Assembly: GCA_040437565.1 (NCBI GenBank)
Contig: JBDOQK010000058.1
Location: 1-64,000, forward strand
DNA: 64,000 bases
Reading direction: 5' to 3'
From: Albugo candida
Taxonomy: Eukaryota
This document shows, one piece after another, positions 11,501-23,952 of the stretch. The translations under genes and the position numbers were made by a program. How positions within the stretch are numbered: position 1 is the first letter of the stretch; every line of letters starts with the position of its first letter. The notes beneath the pieces were generated by a model. That model was not told the DNA's origin. It saw only the letters and a program-made list of their open reading frames with translations, and ran no database searches.

Positions 11501-13767
11501 TAACGTACTGTCTCATTCTCCAGTTCTTGTGTAAACGATACAACCTCTTCCGCGTAACTTAAGTAGTCTGTGCGATGCTGGTTGTATTGACTGATAATTA
11601 TTATTTGAGCCTCCACTTGAGCATACTTCACAATGTTTTCCAAGATCAATTCCTCACCAGTTTGTTGCCTCTTGAAGGGCAACAGATAAATCAAATGGCC
11701 ATTCCGTGATCGACTTTATCCTTTAGTTCTGCAAACAGCTTGATAGTATGTTGCTGTGAGAAAAAAAATCATATGCATCCACCATCTTGTCCATAACAAA
11801 ACCAAGAATTGGATTTGTTATCCACAAGCTGTGCACGCTGGTTCGCAGCTTTGCCGCGAAGAAGTTCTCCAAATCGGGTTGCCTTATACTCCTCCGGCCA
11901 GCGAAAGTCACAGCTCGCTCAGCTAAGTCAATTTCTACGAGCAGCAGCTGACCCCATTTCACAAATCCAGCTCAAGTACCTTGCATAATTCAGATCCATC
12001 AAAAGGATGGATGCGTATCTTGCCTTCACTTGGATTAACAATCTTGATATAATTCGGTTCCAGTTCATCCACCTTACAAAATTCCATGGGTTTATCACCT
12101 GCGCATGAACTGAGCTGTTCTTGTAAGTGCATATTCATTTCTTTTTGACGCCAGAGCTCTTCTCAGAGCTTCTCTGCNNNNNNNNNNNNNNNNNNNNNNN
12201 NNNNNNNNNNNNNNNNNNNNNNNNNNNNNNNNNNNNNNNNNNNNNNNNNNNNNNNNNNNNNNNNNNNNNNNNNNNNNCTAGCTCTCGACCAGTGTGACGA
12301 TAACGTACTGTCTCATTCTCCAGTTCTTGTGTAAACGATACAACCTCTTCCGCGTAACTTAAGTAGTCTGTGCGATGCTGGTTGTATTGACTGATAATTA
12401 TTATTTGAGCCTCCACTTGAGCATACTTCACAATGTTTTCCAAGATCAATTCCTCACCAGTTTGTTGCCTCTTGAAGGGCAACAGATAAATCAAATGGCC
12501 ATTCCGTGATCGACTTTATCCTTTAGTTCTGCAAACAGCTTGATAGTATGTTGCTGTGAGAAAAAAAATCATATGCATCCACCATCTTGTCCATAACAAA
12601 ACCAAGAATTGGATTTGTTATCCACAAGCTGTGCACGCTGGTTCGCAGCTTTGCCGCGAAGAAGTTCTCCAAATCGGGTTGCCTTATACTCCTCCGGCCA
12701 GCGAAAGTCACAGCTCGCTCAGCTAAGTCAATTTCTACGAGCAGCAGCTGACCCCATTTCACAAATCCAGCTCAAGTACCTTGCATAATTCAGATCCATC
12801 AAAAGGATGGATGCGTATCTTGCCTTCACTTGGATTAACAATCTTGATATAATTCGGTTCCAGTTCATCCACCTTACAAAATTCCATGGGTTTATCACCT
12901 GCGCATGAACTGAGCTGTTCTTGTAAGTGCATATTCATTTCTTTTTGACGCCAGAGCTCTTCTCAGAGCTTCTCTGCTCGTTGGTGCAACTCATGCTGGA
13001 ATTTGTGCTGCATGCGCTGGCGCTCGTATCCGAGCTGTTGCTGGTATTGGGCTTGAACCTTCTCTTGCACTCGCTAGCACCAGGACCATATACTCCACTA
13101 GCTGGGAAGAGACACTTGAGGTCATCCCACCAATTCCAAATTCCACTTTAGCGTCAGGTCGTGGTACCTGCCGCATCGACCAAATCCACCTCCATACAAA
13201 CCATCACATGGCTCCACACGGCCACCACCACACTGACCAGTACCCTGACGATCTTTTTCCATAGAATGCAGTGTAGAAGAAATCTTTGCCAGCTCTGTCA
13301 TAATGTCGCTTCCTGGTAAAATTTCCACACTTCGCACACCCTTTTCGCGAGCGTCCATGTACTCCTCAGTGGCGCCCCTATTTCGAGTGCCCGCTAGCGC
13401 TTCTTCTAAGTACGCTATCCTTGCGGAGTCTGGCGTAGCGTATATGAACACTTTCTCACTCGTCATTGGACTCATAACCTCTAAAAGCACGCTTGGAAGT
13501 TCTCCAAAGAAGTGTTTTTGCAGATAACCAACTTTTACTCTCGTACCTACGAGCAACCTGCTTTTTATCCACTTTTTCTCTCATACAATATCGGCACCTA
13601 TATCGTTTCGCACGGTACTGCCTCTTCTGTCGCATGCTGTAGTTCAATAATCAGATCCTGTCAGAAGTGGTACCGAGGCGGCCAGAGACTTGGCAACATC
13701 CCACTCGATCAGATACCATCTTCCAACAGTCAGAACTTTTCTTTAACAGTGTAATGAAATTTGAGAA
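5581..13767 (+). mobile_element. 5'-truncated degenerate L1-like LINE (ORF2 remnant ~5581-8870) with a Copia nested in its 3' region
   Basis: Endonuclease end RRNRIDYYFLSSDLF. RT motifs PGYDVLPVEYY, NYRPINLLNHD, QTGFIQGR, SKAFDSV, SGVRQGDSLSPSLFLLFLEP, FADD. zf-RVT-like ETAEHLLWEC. The extent is defined by a 15-bp direct repeat at 5566-5580 and 13768-13782. The coding remnant is secure; the right boundary is inferred. Confidence 0.75.
9660..13600 (-). mobile_element. Ty1/Copia LTR retrotransposon remnant (gag, protease, integrase; no RT/RNase H seen)
   Basis: Domains in Copia order on the minus strand: zinc knuckle CYNSNQAGHVARNC; protease WILDTGIRCHL; GAG-pre-integrase FDHLNFQTIKRLA..CLAFAQGKQTR; integrase VICRDLKGPI, LRTGGDGEY, NGKAESVHRKVMNMARCM. 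Many stops and frameshifts. LTRs were not identified. Confidence 0.9.
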
Positions 13768-15055
13768 ATCAAGATTCAATATAATTTTTGACAGTACGAA
13801 GCTAAACACCAAGATCAAGCTAATACAATTCATCAAACTGATGGAATCTTCAACACACAAACCATGAATAGGGTGATCTCCAAACTACTATAAGCCTACA
13901 GTTGTTTTCCGTTCGAAACATAACACTATAATTACACTCGAAAGCGACCGTCTCGTTTCCTTGCGAGCAGGTTGATTGTGAAGGAACCACCATTTTGTGA
14001 TGTGCGATATCCACGCTCAAATATAATCAACTATGTCGTATCCTCATCTAGTCTGCCATCAGGGTATAGAATATAATCAACGTATCCTAGCTATCGTTTT
14101 TTGACAAAGTGCTTTTTTTTAAATATTATCAAAACAACTTCGAACTCAAAAGTTTGTACAGCATGATTCAACGCAAATTTATTCACCTAAGTCGACGTGT
14201 TTTTGAGTATTCTAAGTGTAACACTCAGATCAAGTTTATACATTTCATCAAATTGATGAACTCCTGAAGACACAAGGCTTCGCTGGGTTGCGCTCCAAAC
14301 TACAATGAGCATCCACTTGTTTTCCGTCATAATCTAAACACTCTTATAACACCCTAAGTAGGGCCTATGGTTTTGTTGCGGACAGGTTGATAGTGTTGGA
14401 AACACCATTCCGTGATGTGAGATGTCCACGCTCAAATACAAATGAACTTTCTCGTATCGTCAAATAGTCTGCCATCAAGGAATAGAAAATAATCAACGTA
14501 TCCTTGATATTGTTTTTTGACAGAGTCCGTCTTTCAATTCTATTGAAACAAGTTGGAGATTATAAAGTCGTACATAATGATCTAACGCAAATTCAATCAA
14601 CAAACGTCGACGTGTATTTGAGTGTTCTAAGCAGAACAATCAGATTAAGTTGACATAATCCATCAAATTGATGAACTCCTGAAGACACAAGGCTTCGCTG
14701 GGCTACAATTGGCATCCACATGTTTTCCGTTCTAAACGAAAAACTTTCATTACCCCCTTAAAAGGCTTGGTCTTTCGTTGCGGACAGGTTGATAGTGCCG
14801 GAATCACCATTCCGTGATATGAGATATCCACGCTCAAATACAAATGAACTTTCTCATATCGTCACAGTCTACCATCAAGGAACAGAAAATAAGAGACGTA
14901 TTCTAGGTATCGTTGTTGACAGAGTCCTTTTCTCAATTTTATTAAAACACCTTCGAACTCATAAGGTCGTACATAATAATTTAACGCAAATTCATTCAAG
15001 ATTCGACGTGTTTTTGAGTATTCTAAGTGTAACACTCAGATCAGATTTATACATT
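13768..15055 (-). repeat. ~410-bp tandem repeat, ~3 units, reverse orientation relative to 1-959
   Basis: The reverse-complement anchor GTGATGTGAGATATCC (variants) occurs at 13997, 14412 and 14814 (periods 415 and 402). The ORF end SVTLRILKNTSN matches SVALRILKNTSN of ORF 380-676. Confidence 0.93.
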
Positions 15056-16400
15056 GCTGGACTACGGTGAGAACGCAGCAAAGAGCCTCGACGAAGTTGT
15101 TGTTCGAAGACAATTTGCAAACATTCACCAAAAACACTCGGAGTAAGTTGGTAAAATGCTGCCGGCAATCTATCCATTCCAGGTGACGAGTGTCCACGCA
15201 TACTTTTTATTGCTTCTTCCATCTCCATTTTGGTTAATGGAGCGGACAAAAAGGATTCGTCAGGGCTGTATAATGTTACCGTGATCGAGTGAAGCAATGT
15301 GTGCTGTTGTGTCGCGCATGGACGCAAAGGAAGTCCAGCTGAACTTTGTTGATCTCCCATGATACCACCCCAGTGATCTGTGAACTGAAGTTGATGTCAA
15401 TAGGGTTCTTAGACACTTGTCCATTAGGAAATAGAACTTCTTCCAAGGGAGCACCATGACAGGTTGAGGCCACTGGTCGAAAGAAATGGCGATTTGATTT
15501 CTCCATGTTCTTCAGGTGGTAATTGAACATGAAGTCTTGATTATACTTGGACGACCTCCTGACCTGTCATGATAATAGCGAAGAGCGTCTTCGTACAACT
15601 TTTTTCTTGTTCTTGATTTGATTGTCGAAAAGATACTGCAGCTTCGTCTAACTCAGTACGAGCGCGGGTGATATCCAAATCTTCCTGGCGACGAATTTTC
15701 TTTTGAGCTTGCTGTAAATTCTTTTTTGTCTGCTTCTTTCAATTCTCCCAGTCTGTTCCAGGATAAGAGGAAGCACGAAGCTTTGCTAAGATACGATCCG
15801 CCTCCTCCTCGATCGCTTCTTTGATTNNNNNNNNNNNNNNNNNNNNNNNNNNNNNNNNNNNNNNNNNNNNNNNNNNNNNNNNNNNNNNNNNNNNNNNNNN
15901 NNNNNNNNNNNNNNNNNNNNNNNNNNCACATTCGTGTGAAGCAGACGACAGTGGTGAGTTGGAATCCACAGCACTGGCTGACCAGTAACTTACTGGATTC
16001 AGTGGTCGCTATCATATATGGTTGGTGCCGTGCACATCAACATTGGCTCGAAGAACGATAGCGAGAATATTGCTCGTGTCAATTCTTCCACTTCCACTGA
16101 TGTAGTCCACCAGTTGTCCACCGTTTCGAGCATATTTTTCCGAATGGCCGAAACGGACCCACCGACTTGCTTGGACCATTTTTTGCTGAACGTGTGTCCG
16201 AATTCGGCTTGGAGGCTGCAAGTATACGGTTTATGGTGTGTATTCGCACCACTTGCTCCAAGCATGGGTCATTCAACCTCATGCCGCGATTTAGCACTCC
16301 ATGCAGTGCAATCGGATGGTTCATGGCAAAGTGGAGAATGCTGTCTCCGTTGGAGGTGAACCCAACATGTTTGCTTGGTTTCGCCACATGAGCACCCTCT
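15056..16400 (-). mobile_element. L1-like LINE fragment (end of ORF1, N gap, linker and start of RT)
   Basis: LSAPLTKMEMEEAIKSMRGHSSPGMDRLPAAFYQ is an RT N-terminal motif; EKSNRHFFRP also occurs. HPIALHGVL..HTINRILAA and WSKQVGG are homologous to HPITTNGVL..LMINRVFAA..WSRRVGG at 21626-22036. Confidence 0.85.
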
Positions 16401-16430
16401 TTGAATAAAGTATCTGGTCGAGGGGAGTTT

Positions 16431-16690
16431 GTCCGTCGGGGCTTAGCGGTTAGTTCACATGTGTTTCCGACCGTGTGTGCCCCGGTTCGAATACCGGCGG
16501 TGGCAAATGGGCTGCGGTGGGGCCCCTCGGCGGAAGCTTTGCTTCCGCCACGTAAATATCAACCTACTTGTTGAAATTATGGACGTGTCAAGACCCCTGG
16601 CGACTAAACCAGTAAATAACCGTACAGGAGTTGGACCGGGCTCTTCAGAGCGTTACATACTAGTGATTAGAATAGAGTAGATAAACACCA
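16431..16690 (+). mobile_element. tRNA-derived SINE (tRNA-Gly(TCC)-like head at 16431-16505)
   Basis: A-box-like GGCTTAGCGGTTAG, anticodon-loop-like TTTCCGA, T-arm CCGGTTCGAATACCGG and an imperfect acceptor stem. These are followed by the perfect hairpin GGCGGAAGC-TTT-GCTTCCGCC (16529-16549). The 3' end is approximate. Confidence 0.65.
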
Positions 16691-16749
16691 AACTGTAGTA
16701 ACAGAACGGTACCTAAATAAAGTACTATGGGCAAATACCCTTAACTGAG

Positions 16750-16853
16750 CTGGGTACGGACCCTCATTTGAAGGTGTCTATATTACTAGAATTAGGCTAA
16801 CTGACTTCTCTAGTTGCCTAGGCTATCTTAAATAACATACATACATATAAAAA
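16750..16853 (-). mobile_element. Isolated LINE 3'-end fragment
   Basis: TTGAAGGTGTCTATATTACTAGAATT...CTGACTTCTCTAGTTGCCTAGGCTATCTTAAATAACATA is nearly identical to 18854-18940, the 3' end of the large minus-strand LINE. Confidence 0.85.
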
Positions 16854-18852
16854 ACCTTTCGTGAAATACCTGTGGGAGATGATAATATGCCTTGTCGTTG
16901 ATAATCTCCCATATGCACATATACGATTACTATATGGCGTGTTTGTGCATCTTATTTCCTTCAGCATAGCAAGTAGTGGATTGAAGAGTGTTGGATCATT
17001 GTGTGGCAAAAAGATCAAATGAGACAGAGGGTCCTGCTCACAAATTATCATAGTGTAAACTACCCACCCAGATAACCTGCAAGTTCCTCTTTCCGAGTTA
17101 CCGCAAAGCTTACGAGAATCAACTACAGCGGAGGCTATTGACGTGCAATGATGGTAAAGGATTACAAGACTCAAAATGGGGCGAGGTGCACGCACACAGA
17201 AATAAGAAATGTGCGTTACACTACATTTTTCGCTCTATGCCTGCTTGAAAAGTCAAGTATGTTTGAAGCAGCTGGTATTTGTTAAGACTGTATTTTGGAG
17301 GTGTCTACAAGCTTTACTTTTATTTATCAGTTAGAAGATAGTGAACTTATAAAGCCTTACAGTGTCATATACGTATGTATTGACTCAGCTATCTGTGCTA
17401 GCAGATTGAAGGGGTGTGCAACGGAAAGCGAATTAACGCACACCATCAGAGCGAATATACGTTGCCTATCGGATCTACGACGGCTGAAGTATTGATCCAA
17501 GTTTTAAAGAGGTTGTCAAGCGTGGAATTAGGGAACGCAGCTGCATGCTTTGACGCTAGGTGGAGTAAATAGGTTTGCTACGTACAGTGTTGGCGTAGAA
17601 AGACACAGAAAAGAAGCTCGATAGGTCCTTTGCAGACTAAGTTTCAGAGCATCATGGACTAAAACGATTGCACCTTCACCGTCGAGCTTGATTTGCACTT
17701 GCATTTACGGGGAATCACTTTTTTTGATGATGATGGGTAACCTTTTTATGGATTCCTCTACTGTTTATACCGAACACTTGCGAAGAATATGCGGCGTATC
17801 GGCTTATCTAAACGCATCCATTTAATTACTTTTTACGCATTTTGATTGACTAGGTTTTCACATAATAATTACAACAAACATGACTTTATCTGATTGTTAT
17901 ACTTCTTTATATAGGTAGATGGTGATATCAGACGCTGCGTTATGGGTTCGAAAGCTTAATTATCGCCGTTTTGAGCATAGTATATGATGCTGCGATATCT
18001 TCGCCCATATGCTTTCCAACTGACCTTTAGAGAGATTATAAGATGGCACTACTACCACTAAGTGTTGTCGAACCTTAGAACTAGAGCTTCTGAGAAAGAT
18101 TTGCTCCATAACTGCGCAGTGAAATGTCACATTATAAGCTAATGCGGACTTCTGTATTTGTATCTTCTACGAACGTCTGAATGGCGAGGATATGTGTGAC
18201 AAAATTGGATAATGCTATTTCAATAGAAATTTGAAATACTCTCGTGCCAAGTCTACCAATTTATCTGCTTTCTGCCCGACCTGTTTTTGCCGAAGATGAG
18301 CTTAGTTTCTCCGTATGCGTGTAGCACGAACAATTACATACTATCATTCTGGTTACGATATCTTGGCACTATTCACTCGTGCTATGAAAGACGTTTTTGT
18401 CGACATCGCTCTCATTCCAGGTTTATTTTATGCACTTTCGTTCCAGTTGAAGGGAGTGCGCGATTACTTGCTTCAATCACACATCCTCAAATTTTGTCAA
18501 GTTCAATATGGATGCGGTTGTCTAATCTCAAGAGTAGAGTACGAGCAGATGGCAGGTCAATATACCAACACCAAGCTATTTTACCCAGATAAACTTCTAC
18601 AAGCTGTGCAGAATGAGCCGCTGACATGTGCTAGAAGAGGCTATCTATAAGCATTTTACGATATCGCCCTGTACCTATTCTGATATTGAGGAGCACATGG
18701 ACACGACTTTATTTTTGAACTTCTAACGGGACCTCGATACTAGTCACACATTTATTTAAGGGAACCGCTAATCAGCCCCCAACCCTCCTGAATACACCAC
18801 CCTTAGTTATGATTACGAGTTATGATTGGCTAAAAAGATTACCCTTATCTCA

Positions 18853-21800
18853 GTTGAAGGTGTCTATATAACTAGAATTGGACTAAACTGACTTCTCTAG
18901 TTGCCTAGGCTATCTTAAATAACATATATACATATAAAAACAATGCTGTAAAGCTGTAGAATTGTAAGAACGGTCCCAAAGTATCGTGCTTTGAAAATTG
19001 GTGTGCGCCACACTAGCCTGAACAGTGCCATCCAAGGACTAGGATCCGAGTTACACTTGCATTTGTATTTTCTGTGTCGTACCCGTAGCAATAATCGTCG
19101 GCTTCTGAAAAGAACCACCGAATGATCCTTGCGTTGCGAGTTGATCAAGCACCTTTGCGAGTCGAATGCGTTTGTCTTGGTCGTAACACTGTCTTCGATA
19201 GTACCGAACGTGCGCACAAACGTGGTCTAGATTAAGGAAAGTGCTGGATTGTCGGAGTTGCTGATCGCTGATCGAGAAGACGACGATTCCGATTGGTCCA
19301 GACGAAGTGCAGTGTCACCGCTTGCAATGCAAGCCATAAATCCGAGATAATTTGTCGATATCTTTCCAATCCGACCGTAGTGTTGGTACGATTGCACATG
19401 CAATATGCGTCCAGCGTGGTCGAGAGGAGAAAAATGGATCCCAACTAGGGAGTAACTTCCTCCATAACTGTGCCGTGTGATCGCACTCTAGAAAGAGATG
19501 TTGATCGGAATCTACTGCCCCACACGAAGGCTGCGTGCACAATACAATGTCGGGCTGAATATCCTTTAAGAACCAGAAACGAGATCGAACAGGCAACATC
19601 CGAGGGCTAGACGAAACTGTAAATCGTAGAAAATTGGTAATACACGTTTCCGAAGTTGACGTGATGTAGCCATAAAAGTTCGAACTCGTTCTGAAACAAG
19701 TGCGTCCGATCTCTCCCGTGATGACCAATGTGCTAACATCGGATGACTCTTGGTTGGTTCAGGAGATTTCCAGACGATTTGTGAGAGTTGTGAGCGGGGT
19801 ACAGATGGAAGGAAAACACTGTTTCCTTTCCTTGCTTTTTACTCCCACATAAGAGGATCTGCCACTTGTGGCTGGTGTAATCCAAGTGATGAGACCAATC
19901 GTCGAGTGGATACGCTGTAGTATCTGAGTGACGTTGTAAAGTCGGCCCAGCAACTTTTCTTCAGCCATATCCGATTTTTGTAGCTCTTCATCGTTGTAAT
20001 AGTTGGCGACGAATTCTTTCTTCGTTGGCCATGTGTCGCTTTCCCGGAAAAAGTCTTGCAGACTTCGAACGTCGAAAAGTGTAGCAAAGTTTTTCGAAAT
20101 GTGCGATGTGGTTCGTCCGCCATACCAAGACTGTACCAAACGTCCTGCGTACTCGGATGGCGAGTAGCAGCTTCGTAATTTAACTTTGGTCGCAGTGAAA
20201 CCACATCGGTTGTTCCATGTAGTACCGACGGCGTTGTAAAACATTCAAATCTGATATTGAAATGCTCCAATCCATCTGATGCCACATTTTAAATGCGTGT
20301 TTCCACCATGACGATGTGCTCTCTTATTGAACCATTTTGCCATTTCGATGTGGTGCGATGGTGAATATATCCATCGGCTTGTGTGGTCCAAAGGGAGGTT
20401 GAAGAAGTTGTAATAATTCCGTCGAAGCAGTTGTCCAATTCGCAGGAATAACTGTTAACGCATCGGATGCGAACTGCTGAAAGAATTAAATACGATGTAT
20501 CTTTAGTCGTCCCATCAAAAAAGGAACCTGTAGTCCACCATCTTGTCGGCGAAGATATAAAAACTCTTTGCTGAGNNNNNNNNNNNNNNNNNNNNNNNNN
20601 NNNNNNNNNNNNNNNNNNNNNNNNNNNNNNNNNNNNNNNNNNNNNNNNNNNNNNNNNNNNNNNNNNNNNNNNNNNTGTATACCATATTGAATAGCTCTTC
20701 CGACATGCAGATATAATGAAGTCGATTCTTGCGCGGTAATGGTCCTGTAAATACAGTTTCAGTCGGATGTTGGATTCGCCAAGCGTCTACCACACCCAAC
20801 TGTGAAAGCCATTCCAAACACGCTAATCGACTTGGTTCGTGTCGAATTGTTCCACTCGAAGCATCGAGAGCTGGGTCGAGTGGTGTGTTGAAATCACCAA
20901 ATACGATATGTGTTGCGGTCGATTAGAGAGTGTTGGGGAGCAACAACTCAATAAAAAACCACTCGTTTCTCGGTCTTGACCGGTGCATTTACATTGTGAA
21001 TACACACTGGTGGATCGTGAATGATAAGACGCAAAACCAAATAGCAATTTTGAATGCTTCGTTCGGTGAGGTCTTCAGCGGTCGTATAACCGGGAAAGTC
21101 CGAACGAAGGATTGTCATGATGACGCCACCGCGGTTTTGAGTCGAATGGAGAAAAGCACCGTTGTGATCATTGACAAACATTTTGTGCTGCATTTTTGAG
21201 AATAATAAGATTGAAAGAAGTCCAGTTGGTTGCGATCGTGAAACTTGGTTTCTTGAACATACAAATGGAGTGCTGTGATAGGATGTGGTCGATAAAAAGA
21301 TGACCATTTTGATGAATTCCACTGACATTCAACGTGAGTGCTGAGATATTGTTCCACGTTGAATAATCGAGGAGCCCTTAGAATTCACGCTGAAGTGGAC
21401 CAGCAATCAACCTCATTTCATCATCTTCTTTTGAGAGGTGGGGTGCTACTTTCTATTCTGTGAAAAAGCTAAGATTGACAGAAAGCTCTGAGATGTCACC
21501 ACAGAAAAGTCTTCGCCATTTACCACCAAACCATTGAGACCAACACTTGATGCCCACGTCGGAGCGTAACAACAGTATGATCACATTAGCTGGAAGTAAA
21601 CGACAATTATGACCCGGAATCCAAATCACAGGTCCATCGGTGAGATATTGGATCCAGTGGTCGTTTGTGTAGAATGTCGGGGCAGTACACATATAGAAGA
21701 TTCCAAAAACTCGATTGCTTTGGTTGCTCGAGTCAACCCGAGAACTATGTCCGGTACTGACGTCCACCACGACATGACTTTCTCGAACAAGACAGATCTT

Positions 21801-23952
21801 TTGGAGAGAACTTTCCCACCAACCCGGCGACTCCATCGCATCGCAAACGTAACATCTTCGACGAGATTGTGTGCTGCAAAAACGCGATTAATCATCAGTA
21901 AATGCGCCAATTCATCCAACGCTTTATCATTCGACTCCATACACGCGAGTAGCACACCATTCGTCGTGATCGGATGATCAAGTGCCGCTCGGATGATCTT
22001 GTCCGGGTTTGTAATAATTTGTACCAGCTTGCGCACATGAGGTATTCACGCATCAGCTTGGACGAGCTTGTCCGGTTGGAGCGGGTGGAGGGCATTTTTG
22101 GATCCGATTTCCATGAGCTCTCCTGTCTCGCAAATTCTGGTTGGTCGCTCCGCTTATTCCACCGTTGTGTGACGCTTCTTATAGAAGTGTGCCGCCTTTT
22201 TCGAAATAGCCACCTCTTTTGGCATCCGTGCTTTCACGGGAATGCTTTGGATGCGATTGCCATTCTCTAGCTTGGCAATTGCGCTGATCTCGTCGATCTC
22301 CACATCCATAGTTGCGAGCACAGAAAAACAATTTCTGGTCGCTAACTTCGGTGGCACAAGAGGTGGTGATTTGGAGACCATTTGTTCGAGCGCCTCCACC
22401 CGATTGCGTTTACCACTAGTCCATGCCAACTTCATAGTCACATCCCCATCCCGCTCCACTCGTGGTTGGGAGTACGATTGAGTTGCCAGTTGGAGAATGC
22501 GAGGAGAGAGCTGTAATAAAGCTGGTGCCCCTGGTGGTGTGATAGTTGGGGGAGTATTGAGCTCCAACGAGATTTGATGGGAGAGCCTCCTTTCAGCTTT
22601 CCTTCTTCCCGATTCTTGAGTGGGTATTGGCTTCACTACCGTTTGTGGTACCACCACGAGTGCCTTTGGCTCTTTGGTTTATTATTGTTGCTTTTTTTGT
22701 TTTCGGTTGTTGTGATTCTGAGTTAGAGATTGATTTTGGCTTTGTTTTTGATTATTGTTTTTCCTTTGGTGTTGCCTCCCGGGGATTTTGTAGCCCCCAA
22801 ATCCAAGCAATAAAAACCACGTTGACCGAAACGTGGTCGTTCCGATGGAATGGGAGCATTTTTTCCCTTACTGGGTAAAGTTGTTTGTCGTAAGTGATTT
22901 GTTCAATCACTTCACCAACTCTAACCAGTTGTGGGGGACACGTCAAACAGCCAAAGTAGACTCTCCAAGTTGACATCACCACCTATTTAGTTGATACAGT
23001 CTCACGAAAGGTGTCATAGACCACTTGACACCCAAGTTTGTGAAGAGAGCGGAGAATATTGGTCCGGTCTTCCTCCACGCGGAAGACATCGAGGTAGTAT
23101 TTTGCTTCCAGAATATCAAACTCCCGGAAGAAATACTTTTTCCCAAGGATAGTCACCGGCTGACACTTCAACTGCTGGCAGGCATCCGCCGTGGTGAGCA
23201 TCATCCTGATGTTTCCCCCAGGCATTTTGGACACCTGAGCGATGGAACGGCTCTCCAGTAGGCTTTAGAATACCGGATTGCCGTGGTCTCGCATTAGGGA
23301 GATCAAAATTTTCCCATATGGAGTACGGGTCAAGGGTCGGCCCGTCTCCAAGACCATTGAGAAGGTTGCTTTCCGGATTTGGAAAGGTCTTGCTGCTTTC
23401 AATTTCGCAGACAAAACTGACCCCTCCGGATGCTCCCCATCAGTATATAGCTGCAGTATAGCCTCGATATCCGAGGCTTTCGGCTTTGGGAGCTGCACGC
23501 AAAATTTCGCCCGGGCTCTAGCCTGGTCCTTACGCAAGGACTCGTGTGACTTGATAATGTCGGCAAGAGTGGGACTTTTAGTGTCGTCCACCCTTGCAGT
23601 TGCCTTTAGGTCATCCTGTGACGAGGCATTGACAGTACTGCACGCACCACCGGTACCGCATCCGAAACCGGTAGTACCGGTATTAGCCAATACCGTTACA
23701 CTGTGGTGGGGGTACTTTCCACGTCATCATACAGAGGTGATGACTCATCAATAATCATGCAATCACCCAAAACAGGGTGACTCATGAGGATTGCCACGTC
23801 ACTACAAGTGGACGCTAGCACCCTGGGTTGTGTCGATATGTCGACTTGAAGCATTGTTTTCGAGAGGAAAGAGTTGAAAAAAGTAGTTTTTCGAGTTGTT
23901 TTGTACTGAATTGGCGGGTTACGCAGTAGCCGACAAATTGAAAAGTCAGTAT
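18853..23952 (-). mobile_element. Near full-length degenerate L1-like LINE: ORF1 (~23690-21450), AP endonuclease, zf-RVT; RT core falls in the N gap
   Basis: APE motifs VQETKF, NVNAP, GDFNTPLDPALD, VDAWRIQHP..FT..KNRLHYI. C-terminal LCTQPSCGAVDSDQHLFLEC and HFVWTNRN. ORF1 is broken by stops. A candidate 10-bp TSD CCTTATCTCA lies at 18843-18852 and 23953-23962. The gap at 20576-20675 sits where RT is expected. Confidence 0.88.

Noticed and set aside
11478..12977. 700-bp direct duplication inside the Copia (11478-12177 and 12278-12977) that could be mistaken for LTRs
   Set aside because: The copies appear identical, lie within gag and directly abut a 100-N gap, which is typical of an unmerged contig overlap.
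16431..16505. Functional tRNA-Gly gene
   Set aside because: The acceptor and anticodon stems are mispaired and there is no adjacent poly-T terminator. It is better explained as a SINE head.
16860..18700. ORFs at 16818-17195 and 18315-18650
   Set aside because: No recognisable motifs or coherent exon structure.
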